Shown here one piece after another: positions 50,671-63,658 of a DNA stretch of 64,000 nucleotides (within the stretch, counting starts at the first letter, position 1; every line of letters starts with the position of its first letter). The notes under the pieces are model-generated. The model saw only the letters and a list, made by a program, of their open reading frames with translations. It searched no databases and was not told where the DNA came from. Position numbers and translations under genes: made by a program. The DNA comes from Camelus ferus (lineage: Eukaryota). Location of the stretch: NCBI RefSeq assembly GCF_009834535.1, contig NC_045697.1, forward strand, positions 47,246,001 through 47,310,000, given 5' to 3'.

Positions 50671-51720
50671 ATTTTATCCTTTACTTAACAACATACCTTG
50701 GAACTCTTCCCACATCTGCACATAGAGAACTTCCTCATTTATTTACAGCTACACAGTGTTCATATGAATGTACCATAATTTATTTAACTAGCCTCTTTTT
50801 ATTGATGACCTTTGGGGTGTTTCCAATCTTTAGCTATTGTAACTGTGCAAATGTATTTATTATTTTAAAAGCTATTGCTGAATTGCCCTAAGTAGGGGTT
50901 ATATGAAAATGTTTCCCATAGAGTTAGCTTTAACTACAAAACTAACTGTAAGTCAGAGAAGCAAATACAATGATTCTTTTTGAATGATGCCACTACATTT
51001 GTTCCTGGTCAGTAAAATGCTGGATACAACTAAAAATTTTAAATGGAAAGTTGTGTCACGTGGGAGAAGTTGTTGTCACACATTCAGAAGTGTTGGCCTC
51101 TGTCTTTAGCTACGTGTTATTGAGAATAAGTCCACAGGCCCTGGGTGATGTATGTAATAGTCCTCATACTCACATTCTGTCTCCTCAAAGGGATTCATTC
51201 TATTTATGTGATCTCTTTCATCTTAGAAACTCCAAACCCCTTATAAATACTTCTTGTGAATATTAACAATATCATGACATGGAGAAAACCATCACTTTGT
51301 AGAGACAATTCCTTGGGAAGACTTCAAAGGGGCCCCATCAATTTCATCTATCCTGATCACACACATAAAAGCTCCAGCTGGCAAGTGGTACCGTTGGGAA
51401 ATGACTTCTTATGCTAAGTTTGCAAGCGATAAGCCGACAAATTGCATTTAATGATCTGAAGTTAATTTCTATCTCTGTAAGAAGCAGCCGTTTGTTTGCC
51501 TGGCCCCAGGTTCTGCAGCCATTCCTGAGGCAGTGCCATTATCCTCCCTCTGGGGCGAGAAGACAGTCAGCCGATGAGGAGACACACACATTCCCCGGAA
51601 TAGCACTAGAAGAGAGAACAAGCAGAGCAGAGGGGAAAGAAGAGAGGGATCCAGAACCAGGGTTGTTAAGAGACAACAGAATTTACTAGTCTAATGTCAG
51701 TTAAAAACAAAGTGAAAATC

Positions 51721-51978
51721 TAGAAGACAAATGGAGAAAAGAGGAGAGGGTGGAGGGTTAAACTGGGAGTTCGGGATTAGCAGATACTAACTACTACATA
51801 TAAAATAGGTAAACAAGTTCCTACTGTATATCACAGGGAATTATATTCAATACCTTGTAATAGCCTATAATGAAAAAAATATGAAAAGGAATATACATAT
51901 ATATAACTAGATCACTATGCTGTACACCAGAAATTAATGCAATATTATAAACTGACTCTACCTCAATATAAAAAATTT
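51721..51978 (+). mobile_element. Cetartiodactyl/camelid-type L1 3' end
   Basis: ggagttcgggattagcagatactaactactac...cactatgctgtacaccagaaa; flanking direct repeat gttaaaaacaaagtgaaaatc (51700) / gttaaaaactaagtgacaatc (51979) containing a TT/AAAA site. Confidence 0.92.
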
Positions 51979-52660
51979 GTTAAAAACTAAGTGACAATCA
52001 AGCTTAAAAGGACATAGAACAAGAACAGGACAGAATTTAGAAAAATATGGGGCACCTGCCAAACAAGATTAGGGTTTTGGTGGAACTGACTGCATTTAAA
52101 AGAGAAAGACTCACAGCTGACATTTAAAATATAGGCATTATCCAAATAAGAGATTTGGTAAGATCCATATCCAGCCACCTGCATCACAAATTTTAGAGTT
52201 TCTGTGACTAGGTTTAAGTAATGTTGACCTAAAGGTCAAACGTGCCTCATAAACTGAGTTCATGTTCATTGCCGGTATTCAAATGTCCACAGCTGAGTTT
52301 GCAAGTCCATGGTGAATAGATTTAGTGACTGCTTGCTAGGAAGCATCTACCGCTGTTTCTTTTTTCTTTTACTTTGTTTAAGGATGACTCATCAAAAAAG
52401 GAGATTATTGGTGCCAGTGTAAAAGGTAATGAATTTACAGTCACAAACTTTGACATGTAAGAAACATCACGTTTTACCTCTTACTTGTTGCTGTTGTTGT
52501 TTAAAAACAAAAGTGTTTATTTTTTTTTCTTAATTGATTTCTTTAAAATTCATCCTAATCCACTGGGTGGTGGAAAATTGAATCTGTCATAATTGGGGTT
52601 TCATTCTCCCGCTGATCACACAGGACTCAAGGATGCATATGCAATACCCAGAAAATAGGG

Positions 52661-53095
52661 TGTGGCAGTCAGTGTGGTTCTGGCTAACCCAAGAGACATT
52701 CCCCAGACTCCTTCTGCTTTGGCCACTTTTTTTGCTGCTAGGGCTGGACAAGTGGTCAAGTGCTAGTACTGGCCAGTGCTGGGGGCAAAAGACACTGCTT
52801 TGCCTTTCCTGAAAAAATGGCTGCAGCATCCTAGGACTCCCGTTTCCTCTCCCTCTCCTGAGTTAATCTGGATGTGATATCTGGAACTGTAGCAGCCATC
52901 TTGCAACCATGAAGAATAGGCCAAGAGAATTGCAGATTTGGTGGCCCCAACATCATTGAGCCACTGAACCAATTCCAGGATCCACTTTCTTCCAGAGCTT
53001 CTTGTCATGAGAGAAAAAACAAATACTCTCTTCGTTTAAGCCACTGTATTGTGGATTTTTCATTATTTGCAGCTTAAAGCATTTCTAACCAATTC
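52661..53095 (+). mobile_element. MLT1J/K-like solo LTR
   Basis: tgtggcag start; ggatgtgatatctggaactgtagcagccatcttgcaaccatga; gtttaagccactg...tttgcagc. Confidence 0.82.
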
Positions 53096-54543
53096 AAAGA
53101 GGAAACTACTCTCCAGGGCATCCTGGCTGCTGCTGATATATTTATTGTCCAAAGGTTCCTTGAAATTCAGTTTCAGACTACTCCTGGGCCCTTCACTGAG
53201 CATAGGAAATGGCCAGGGCTGGGACCCTGGTGCCTAGGGTTCAAAAACCATGCAGCCATCCTTCCTGAGGCCAAGCCTGGGAGCCAGGAGCAGGGGCTAC
53301 TTTAAAAACCTGTAGACAACTCTCCCTGCCCTGGGTGGAAAAGTTCACCCTTTTCTCCTCTCACCTCTTTCAAAGGCACTTTGCTTTCTCTTTCTTCCAT
53401 TCAGGACATGTTATAATCTCTTCTGTGAGTTGAGGTGTTTGCAAATAAATGGGGTCCCTTTTCTCGTGAAGCTTCTGCTTTCCTTTCAGCTACCAACGCT
53501 GAGACAAGGGAGCAAACTCTGAGCTATCTGCTTCAAACGTAGAACAGAAAACCAAGGAGAGAACAACACGTCAGTATTTTAATAAATTTCCTTGCCCACT
53601 TTCCAGTCTAGGGAAGTAGCCATCACAGCAAGAGACAGTGTGAGAATAATGACAGCTGATTAACTAGAATGACTTTTGAGCCCTGTGCTGACTTGCATGG
53701 ATGAAATCATCTGGCTTGTTTCTCATCTGTACAGCAGGTTTTCCAGCGCACGGATAACATAGGGACTCTGCTTCTTCATAAACAAGAGAGCTGGGGTGGT
53801 TTGGATGCATGGTATGCAGACGTGAAGGGGGAGAAGAAAAGGAGGTTGGGGACGCCTAGCTATTCATCCTGGACTTGGCCACTTCTAACGCTGCCATTTT
53901 GACCTTCACTGTTTCTGTTCCAGAAGTCAGAGCTTTCATTTGAAAGTGTTTGACTTTTATTTCTGTTTTGATTTTTTTAGTGGGAAGTTTTATTTATGGT
54001 TTTAAATTTGATTTCTCGAAAAGGTAATCATTTACATAATTAATTGCAGAATCGATTGTAAAAGCAAATGACTGGAAACAACGTAAATATCAACAGAAGT
54101 CTGATTGAAACAAATTATCATACAAACATAGCCTGGCATCCTAGATGGCTGTAAAACTGAATGAGGACGTGCTCTGTTCGCTTCCACTGTTGTCTTTGAT
54201 CTACTTGTTTTCCACACCCTTCATAGGTTAAGTTTTTATGAATCTTTTTGGAGTTTCTTTATACACAAGTAAATAAAAATGTACATTCTTATTTTTCTTT
54301 TTTCTATGGAAAGTAAGCTACTTCACATACTGTTCTGCTCCTTGTTTATTTTGCTTACTAATGTATCTTGGATCTCTTTCCAAAAGGAAGTCTTTCATTT
54401 GTCCAAAGACGTCTTTCCCATCATGCTGTGGTGTCTTAGAGTTTTCTTCATATAGGTCTTGCACATTTCTTATTAGGTTTATTCCTAGATATCATATCTT
54501 TTGGAGGTTGTATTCTCTTCCATTTTTCCATTGGTTGCTGTCT

Positions 54544-54546
<3 letters not shown>

Positions 54547-54578
<32 letters not shown>
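54547..54578. repeat. (TA)16 microsatellite
   Basis: Seen directly. Confidence 0.95.
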
Positions 54579-54583
<5 letters not shown>

Positions 54584-55569
54584 TTGCTCATTAACTTTTT
54601 ACCCTTTTCTTTTCTTTGATTTTTAAACATTTCCACAACTCTGATTAAATTAACTAAATTCTCTTTTGGCTCAGATTTCCTTTTACAAGGCAAAGCTCTG
54701 TGTACTGAGGTTTTTGGTGTCACGATTGCTGTAAGTCATAAGGTGCTCAGGACTCCTCACAATGAGATAATCCTCTGACCTTCAGAGCATACTTATAATT
54801 CAGAGACTTGGTATAAAGGTACTGCCAGACTATAGCTCAATCAAAAGTACAAAATAATTTTATAAAGACTGTTTTACCCATATGCGATAACACAGCAAAT
54901 GAAGTATCTGGACAGATGTTTGATTTGTTAGTTGAACTACAATCTCTTTGGTGGTTATCATCCACTGTGCCCTACATTTTGGGGAACACAAAAGGGAAGT
55001 TTCCCTGTATTTAATTTTGGGTGCCAGCTCAGCACCTCTGAGCCCAGTGAGTTCCTTCTGCACAATCATCTGAGCTGCCTGCCAGCATAAGATCTTACAA
55101 CTTTAATGCCATATAATGACAGTAAATGTCTTCTAGTCCTGTATTAATTGTAGGCAGTCATAATTGTCCAGAAGGGACCAATATTATCAGACCTATTACG
55201 TACTCCTTAATGCAATGGAACTCTAAGTAGGTGGCTTTTAAATGAAACAGTCCTATATAGCCATTTTCCTAAAAACTTGGACCCAAAAGGTTATTCAATC
55301 AAAACTCAAATACCTTGACCAAGTATCATTCCCTTTCAATAAAAAGCCCTACATTTTCATAATGGTCTACAATAGCTGTCCCCAAATTACAGGAAAAATG
55401 TTTTTTCGAAGTTTTCCATTATTCGGGGGAAAATTGCAAAGCTTGTGGCTCTTCCTAGGCCACATTTCTCCCTCAATGTCTATTTTCCAGTTATTTCAGC
55501 TTTCATCAGCAGTTTCATCAGAGCCCATTGGGGGAAATCACAGGATCTGGGGAACGGATTAAAGAACTG

Positions 55570-55740
55570 CAGAGGGCTGGAGCTCACCTATCCCACCTCC
55601 TCCTCTCATAGATAAAGAAACCAAGGGATGGAACGGTTGAGTGCTTTCCCAACATCACGCAATGGCTTCCTGAGAGAGCCGGGACTGGGAGCCAGGTTTC
55701 CTGCTCCCCCACCGGGCACGCGTTCTACCACGCCGTGATG
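55570..55740 (-). mobile_element. MIR SINE
   Basis: catagataaagaaaccaagg...ttcccaacatcacgca...agagccgggactgggagccaggtttcctg. Confidence 0.65.
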
Positions 55741-55839
55741 CTCACTCCTAGACACGAAGGAAAAGCACCCCGGCAATGATTACGGACAAAGATGTGCCAA
55801 CTAATAACGACGCCTCATGCACACACTCGGTGTTTTCTC

Positions 55840-56830
55840 TGCGCATCCTTTTCCTTGTGGGCAATATCATCCATGCCCATACTTGTCTCTACTACCTGTG
55901 CGATCAGGGACTTAAGTGGTATCGCCATCCCTGACCTCTTCCGTGTGCACCACTGCCTGTCCCGTGGTTCTACCTGTGTATTCACAGGCGACTCCAACAC
56001 TCTTGCCAAAACTGAGCTTATTTTTTATTTCTGCCAAATCTGTTATTTCTGTGCATTTCCTATTTTGTTTTTTGGCTGGATAATCACCCATTCGTCTAAG
56101 TCCTCACCATTCCTTTTCCCTTTCACATCCTGTTGATTATCCATTTCTGTTGATGTTACCCAGAAATTTTGCACGTACTATCTCATTTCTTCATCTCTAC
56201 TTGCATGTGTCTTTGTAACTTTTCACCTGGTCTCTCTGCATTTATCTCTTTGCTTTCCAGGCTATTCTCCACAATACCTTCAAAGTCACTTTTCCAGAGT
56301 AAATATTCTCTCACTATGCTCTTACCTGTAACTCTGACTATCCTCCTCATGTCCATTAAATAAATACATATTTTACCCATATAGTATGATTATTTAAGAT
56401 ACGTCATATGATCTGTCCTCTGTTTGCCTAAATTTTACCCCACCAGAGCTTTCCAATGTTAGATTCTAGAAACAGAAAAATCCTTGCAGTTCTTTGAACT
56501 CCTTATTTTATGCCTCCATGCCCTTGCATTATTTTATGCTGCTCCTTTTGTCTAAAATACTATCCTCTGCTCACCTTTCCTACTTCTGAGCCTGCTGTCT
56601 GACTGTCGTCCTCATAGTCGTCCTTGAAGACCCAGTTCTGCCTGTGATAATAACCCTTCAGTGAAGCTGATAGGCAGAGTTTATTTTTTGATTCTTACAC
56701 TGCATGTACTTCCATTACTATATATGGCATCATAGTATAATTCCTCATTTAGGTGTCACTGTGGTCTTTATCTCGCCTCAAGTCCTAGCAGTGCCTGAAA
56801 GAAGCAGCACGATGAATAAATGGGCATATG
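55840..56830 (+). mobile_element. Decayed L2 fragment
   Basis: tcatccatgccca, ccctgacctc, ccaaaactgagct and gcagtgcctga in L2 order. Confidence 0.55.
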
Positions 56831-57699
56831 TAACAGTGAGCTGCAGAAGCATTTTGCGGTCAGCTGTAACCTGGTATATTTAGAACATCTGACAATAATA
56901 CTGTCTGGTCAGTGCTGCTTAGACTGGACTCATTGCTCAAGCTATAAAACTGAAATATTTTGAATATTTATAGAATTTTAATAACTATAATTTAGAATGA
57001 TTATGATTCATATCCACCTTACCCTTTCATTGACACATGAGTTTGTGTCCTCACTATGAAATCATTGGACATAATTATCTCCAGATGACAAATAGTCATT
57101 TCAGCATAGCATGCAGATATGGAAAAGACATTTTATCTCTTTTTCAGTAGGGTATTTACCAGAGTGTTTCATGTATTTTTAGTAGCATTTGCATCTTTAC
57201 CAACCTTTAGTCAAATAAATTATATGACACATTTATTAAGATGCTCTGGACTTCCGTGTTTTAAGAAGACATGTGAATGAAGTGATTATACATGTACACA
57301 TAGAGCAGATATGCGGGTTAAGTATGGTGTTTACTAAGTTAAATGGGGTCACTTAGCTAATGGCAACACTAGCCTAGGGATTGGTGCTTCATTTCAGGAC
57401 TTCTCATACACGTCTACCACAGAGATGACTGCTTTGTACCCCTGGGGAACCTAGATGCTTACCTCCTACAAAGGTAAAATATATTTGAATTTGCTAGTTG
57501 TACCTCAGTTTTGCATTTTACCCCATTTTATATGGTCTTAAGTAACTTAACTTTTAATGAGACCTTTATAAAACTCTAGAAGTCTGTGCTATGAGTAAGC
57601 CAGAGTTTCTAGCACTTCCCTTCTGTTTGTCACATATGCCAGGGATTCTGAGCTGCCGAGTTTGATAAGAAAGGGGGTAGGGGAGAGAGCACTGAGCCC

Positions 57700-57880
57700 C
57701 GTCATAAAAGACTTACATCCAAAGATGGGTGTGCCACTTACTAGCTTTTGATCTTAAGCAAATCATCTGTCTTTTCAGAGTTTCATTTTCCTCACCTTAA
57801 TAAGAATAATAACATCTGCCTTAACCTCTTCAGAGGATTATTTTAAAAATTGAATGAAAATTGCTCAGAGATCTGAAAAC
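57700..57880 (+). mobile_element. MIR fragment
   Basis: tgccacttactagct...atcttaagcaaatca...ttttcctcacc...aataataacatctgcc. Confidence 0.65.
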
Positions 57881-60029
57881 TCGATCTTGGAAAATGAGCA
57901 GGAACAAAGGGAGTTCACGCAGCCAGAGTCACATCTAATTATCATCATATTGACCCCTTGTAGCAAAGACACTGTTCCCTCCACCAGGGCCCTTACCTTT
58001 GGCCACCATCGCTGCTGGCCCTTAAACCAGCACTGCCAGAATGAATTGTTGCCCAAGTCCTACCTCCAGCTGCAAGGAAGGCTAGAAATGCATGCCTTCA
58101 GCTTTTTGGTTTTTGATGGTAGGGGAGATTGGCCTATGAGACACATCCTTGGCGAACGGAATGGAAACTCCCTCAGAGACGAGAGGAGATTAAGATGCCG
58201 GGCCTACAACACCTCTTTCTTGACTACTGTCACAGTCTCTTGACTGGTGTCGCTGCCTTCCGCTTTGTTCCGCTCCAACCCACTGACCCTGCTGGCACCA
58301 GAGTTCCTTTTTCAAAGGAACATCTGATTTCTGCCACTGCTCTGTTTCCAGCCTTCAATGATCCCCTCCGCTCAGTACCTATATAAATGCAAATGCATTA
58401 GAATACACTGCAGACATTTCTAATCAGGTCCTCATCCGCCCCCACCTGCCAGGCTCTTCTGGGCGTCCCATCCTTCACTGAACCCTGCTGCCTGCTCGCA
58501 ATACTTGTTTTCCCAGCGAGTCATGCTGTTTAATGCCTCTTGGTCTTCCCTTTTATAGAAAGAGGAACTGTAAGGAACTAAAACACAAAAGATTAACATA
58601 CTAACATCTTCCCTTAAAAGAGGCCAGTGTTGTGGGATCTTCCAGACAGGGAGGGGATGAAGGCAGGGCCCTTCCTAGGTTCAGGCTGAGGCTGCAAAAC
58701 CGAAGGCAGAGAACCCTGATGGAACACTGCTGTTGATGGAGACACTGCCTGCCTGTGGTCAGTGGAGAGGACCGCTGAGCCTGCCCCTACCACAGCACCA
58801 GAGCGACAGAGGACAGGGACCCAAGACAAAGAACAGTAAGTAGTCCAGACACAAATTCACACCTCTACCCCGTCTTTCTGGCTGACATGATCCTGGGATG
58901 CTTGTTTTGAACCACAGAGGAGGGGCTTTCCAAAAGTCACTCAAATGAGTACAGTGGAATATTTTGCCTGATTACCAATGTGCTCTCACACCCAGTTGTA
59001 CTTAATGTAGAAGAGGACTGTATACCTAGGGACCAGGAGTCCATGAGACCCATGACTGTGCACACGCCTGTTGTCCTCGCACTTGTAGAAGTGACATTCC
59101 TTTTGTTGACTGACGAGTCAGCTGACTATGCGGATACAGAAAGTTGTGAAAGGAGCCAGAGTAAACTGTTAACATCAGTTCCCTCTGGCCAAGGAGAATG
59201 GGGGGTGTGCAGGGGACTTCTCACTTCATGCTCTTCAGTACTTCTTGACTTTTTCACAGAACTGGTGTATTGTTTTTATAATTGGATTTTTAAAAGCCAA
59301 CTCAAAAGTGAAAGAAATCATGGAGACTCCTTTGTTGTTTTGTTTTTGGCATTTCTTTAAAAAAAAAAGTCCCAGAATGTTTTATAAGGAAAGCACAAAA
59401 ACCACCTGGGAAATGAAGAATAAAAATTCCTTAAGTGGTTTCAAAAAAAGTTGTAATGTTAAACATTATCCAGAGCTGTTTCCACAGAATATTGCTGAAC
59501 AACGAATGTTGGACATTGTTAACTAAAACGTATGCATCAACACAGCAAAGGATAAAATAAATACATGAATAAAGATGGTGTTGCTGTCCTTTGTATATGC
59601 AAACACTGCTGTTCGGGACCATCGGTGGGCCATTAACCTTCCCATGTTTTTCTTACGTTGGCCCCTTGGACGTCTCCCTGCCGGGACAGCATCCAGGCTT
59701 CCTAATAGGTAACCCAGGTTGCCCTGTTACTTTTCCTGTCCTGTGCACACTGGATTTGATACCACACTCTTCTTTTCAAATGTACATCCGCCATATTTTC
59801 TCAATGGATTTTCATTACAACTCTTGAGAATAGACAGTTATCACCTCTTTGCTGATGACAAAAGCTCTTGCAGTTTTGACAGAGCTGGGATGAGGCTCCT
59901 AGTCTGCTGACTAGGAGTGAGGTTTTCTCTCTTTCCACCAAGCTGCCTCATCTGCACCCCCAAACTGCCATTCATGCACGCCGTCTTCTGTTAAGTGTTG
60001 TTCTAACGACACTGTAGACGTCTGACTCA

Positions 60030-60257
60030 TTCTCCTCTAGTGCTGTTTCTCGGTACCCTATTCTTTTCTTCCACAAGATGAAAAATTGAATATAGACATT
60101 CAAATGGAATATGTGTGTGTGTGTGTGTGTGGTGTTTTATTTCCCCAGCCAGGGTATAAGCTCTGTGAAGGCAAGGACCATGTACCCCTACCCCAGACCC
60201 ATCTCGTGCCTGGCATATAGGAGGAACGCAATAAATGTTTGTTGAATGAATGAATGA
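60030..60257 (+). mobile_element. L2 3' end with embedded (TG)10
   Basis: taagctctgtgaaggcaaggacc...gtgcctggcatatagga...caataaatgtttgttgaatgaatgaatga. Confidence 0.85.
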
Positions 60258-60269
60258 CTGGGTGTCAGC

Positions 60270-60800
60270 TACAGGATTAGGTAGAACCCTTTCAGTTGCA
60301 AATCCCACATTTAAACTGGCTTGAACAGAGAAGAAATCTGTTGACTCAAGTGTCTAGGAAGTTCAGGAATCAGCTGGCTTCAATTGTAGCTCCCTGAGGT
60401 TAGGTTAAATTTCTTTTCTTCTTTCTCCACCTTCTCCTCTTCCTCTTCTTTCCCCTCTCCCATCTTCCTATTCTCTCTCTCCTTCCCCTCCTCCTCTGGC
60501 TCCTCTGTCTCTGTCACACTCTCCCTCCTCAGCTGGGCGTCCTCCACCTCCTCTGTGCGTGGTGAGAATGGCAGCTGGTAGCTGTAGGATCACTGGCCTA
60601 ATCTGGCCTCCCAGGAGAAAGAAAGCACGTCTACCTCAGCATCATATCTTAATTACAGGAAAAGAAAACGTTAAGATTGGCCAGACCTGTGCCTTACGTG
60701 CAAATGGGGTACAGTGATCGGCAGCCCCGCTAAAACTGTGTGGAAGGGGGCGTGGTTTTCCCAGAGGGAGGGATGCTGGGCAGTTGAAAACAAATGTTGG
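60270..60800 (-). mobile_element. MLT1K/L-like LTR with internal polypyrimidine tract
   Basis: ctttcagttgcaaa...aaactggcttgaac...gttgactca...gaagttcagg...ggcttca; gattggccagacctg. Confidence 0.65.
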
Positions 60801-62094
60801 CTGTGTACTTTCATAGGAAAGTTTACCAAGAAGTAAAGGAGAGGCTGCTTTTACTACCAAGAGACTTCCAGCCTCTCAGAACTGAACTCTCCAGATGGGG
60901 CTCAGTCATGACTTTGAACTATTTGACTTCGATCATAATTTTTTAAAAGATGGACTGAATTTTATGCTTCAAATCCCAAGGTGTTAGTAAGTCAAGCACA
61001 GTCGTAAGACAAGCTCACCCACAGCCTTCATATCTAATCTGTTCAGCAAAGCGAGGCTGCAAAACAAGTTTTTTTTTGTTGTTGTTCACTTTGGCTTCCA
61101 GCCAAATAGGAACTTTAGAAATTCGTTTGTGGATAAATTTTGTTTCGGTGTCTGGGAGGAAACATGCTGCTTGGTGGCGGCCACAGGACGCAGATTCCCC
61201 ATTCCAGGGAGCAAGACCTTCAGGCGACACGCTCGATTCTCTCCCCACATGGAAAAGCGCGGGAGGCTCATCTTCCATGTGGCTGTTCAGGCACTGAGAG
61301 CGCTGAAGCTCCCGTAGCCTGGTCTTATGGGGAGAAGGGGGTTTTCAGTTTTGAGCGTTTGCTGGTTTGTGCAGGCCCCTGTGTTTGAAAGCTGTCTTCT
61401 GGGAAAGAATTAATGATCAGAATCTTAAAAAAAACTTTCCTTATCAGTTTCTACCTTTTGGTACTTTGGTTTTATACCCTTTCCACACTGGCACGAGCTG
61501 CCTGAGAATGCAACCATTTTATAAATGAATGAGAATCAGTAACAAGTCCCTATTCTGATGTCCAGAAACATAGGATCAGAGACTTAAAAGTGGTTTATAA
61601 CACAGAAAGCTTTAAACTAGTTCTTATTTATCACAGCTCTTTTATAAACTGGGTCTTAAGGAGAAGGATTAGTGAATGGTTTGGCTTTTTAAAGTTATAA
61701 ATATATATAATTAATAAGAAAAACACTGAAGGAAATGAAAACAACCACACATCCTGTACTTCCTGACATCCTCTTTTTGATTTTGTGAAGTTTCCTGTCA
61801 TCACTTTCCAGTATATTTATTTTTAAGGAAGTTCCCTTAGCAAGAAGATTGAGAACAGCACCCCGTCCCTCTTGACACACACACACACCCACAGCTCAGA
61901 GAGTTAGAAATTTGTATTGCTGTATTCGTCCACAATTTAAGCATCATGGCCACGACATACATCCTTAGGACTAGCCATGGACGATCGGGGAGCAGTGGTG
62001 AGAATCCCCAACACTAAAGAGAGAGCAAGAAGTACCATACCCTAGGTGTCTGCGTTTCTCCCAGTGAAGGAGCTATGAAACAAACACTTCATGG

Positions 62095-62162
62095 TTATTA
62101 GCTATTATTGTTAATAATACCATTTCTTGAACTTTTGCTAGGTATATCACTGTGCTTAGTGC

Positions 62163-62197
<35 letters not shown>

Positions 62198-62490
62198 CTG
62201 CATACTACAAATTTGTCTGTGTCCATGATTCTTAATAACAGAGTTTATACTATGGCTGTATTTTTGGTGGTCACCATCCATTAGTGAATCATGAAATTAA
62301 TTTAATGGGTAGAGATAAACTCAATCTTATAACATCCTTGTGAAGCGAGTTATATTATCCCCAGTTTACAGATGAGAAACACCAGACCTTAGGAGGTTAA
62401 GTAACTCACCCAAGTGCACAGAGTTAGTAAGAAGTAAGCATGCATTTGGAGCCTTTCTGTCTCCAAAACCTTGTCTTAACTACTAAGGCT
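62095..62490 (-). mobile_element. MIR SINE interrupted by (AC)15 (62166-62195) and extra sequence
   Basis: cactgtgcttagtgctttaca and tattatccccagtttacagatgagaaac...gaggttaagtaactcacccaag. Confidence 0.75.
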
Positions 62491-63430
62491 ATGTTACATC
62501 AGTTAGCAGTTCTGGCTGTGTCACATTACAAACATGACTATATAGAGAAGAATACCTAGCTCCTAATGTGCTCTAGAAAGGAGAGCTTAAGGCTTGTGCG
62601 TCATTAACCAGCTTGCATTGTGTTGAATATAGGCTTGACTAGCAAGTGTGTGTCTGCGTGTGTGTCTGCGTGTTTAATTAGAGTTATGGAAAAAATTTTA
62701 TAGGACTCAATATCATTAATAGAAATGTCAAAACTCTTGAGTGATTTCTTAAGCAAAGAGTTTTTTACTTTTAAAATTTCACAATCTCATCTTATATTTA
62801 CATGGTACTTCACAACTTATAAACAGGGCTTTCCTGGATGCAACGTGATCCTCAAGCATTCTATAGTCTCTATACATGCGGGGTTTGGATGGCACAGGCT
62901 CTAAGAGTGGTTATAGCTGATAACGCCTAGTTATCAGCAGGAAAGACAGCACATCTTGGCCACAAACCAATAGTATAAAAATGGTGCTTACAGATAATCT
63001 GCCATTATCAAATTCCAAGCTCTTAAAGAGGTAGAAAAGCCACCAAATGAATGATCAAACAGATGTATTTAATAGGTCCTAAAATGTTAAACATAAAAAT
63101 GCAATCAATACATTGACTCTGGAATGCCAACAGCTTTTGAAGAAAACACCTCTACATTTCAGAAATAACTGTGATGGTGTTTGTTAAATATATTTATTTC
63201 AGAAAGAGCTCCCCCAATTACTAGGATCACATCAGTTGTCAGCATTTGTACACTGTCTCACTCACTCTTTGCTTTTTTAGGAAAAAAAAATATTACAGAT
63301 ACTCACACAAACTGTATCCCTTCCAGTTTGTGCTGCCGTTTTATTCAAGTTTCAGTAAGACCTTAACTACCCTCAAAACCTTCCTTGTGAGTTGGTCATA
63401 ATGCCCATCAATTTCTGCTGCAGGTTAAGG

Positions 63431-63658
63431 CAATGTGGGTGGTCACAACCCACTCATGAAATCAATTTAGTGAGTACAGACAAGCAATTTTTTAAAAAGT
63501 GAAACAAAACAGACTAGAAAATGTCAGAATGTATTACAGATAGGAAAAGTAAGCATGTTTTGTGAAACTTTTATTTGTGTTTTCTGTGTGTATTATGTGC
63601 TTACAGAGTGTTGATACTTAACGTGGGTTGCAGTCAAAATAAGATTTGAAAGCCACTG
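63431..63658. mobile_element. hAT-Charlie family MITE (subfamily not assigned)
   Basis: ggtcacaaccca...tgaaatcaatttagtg...gtgaaacttt...gtgggttgcagtcaaaa...tttgaaagccactg TIR. Confidence 0.7.

Noticed and set aside
57854..59360. 129-aa and 126-aa + strand ORFs
   Set aside because: Partly overlap decayed MIR/L2/L1 sequence, no recognisable domain, no exon structure
62645..62675. Tandem gtgtgtctgcgt with two GCGTG cores as AHR elements
   Set aside because: A degenerate (TG)n microsatellite; the flanks do not fit the TNGCGTG consensus
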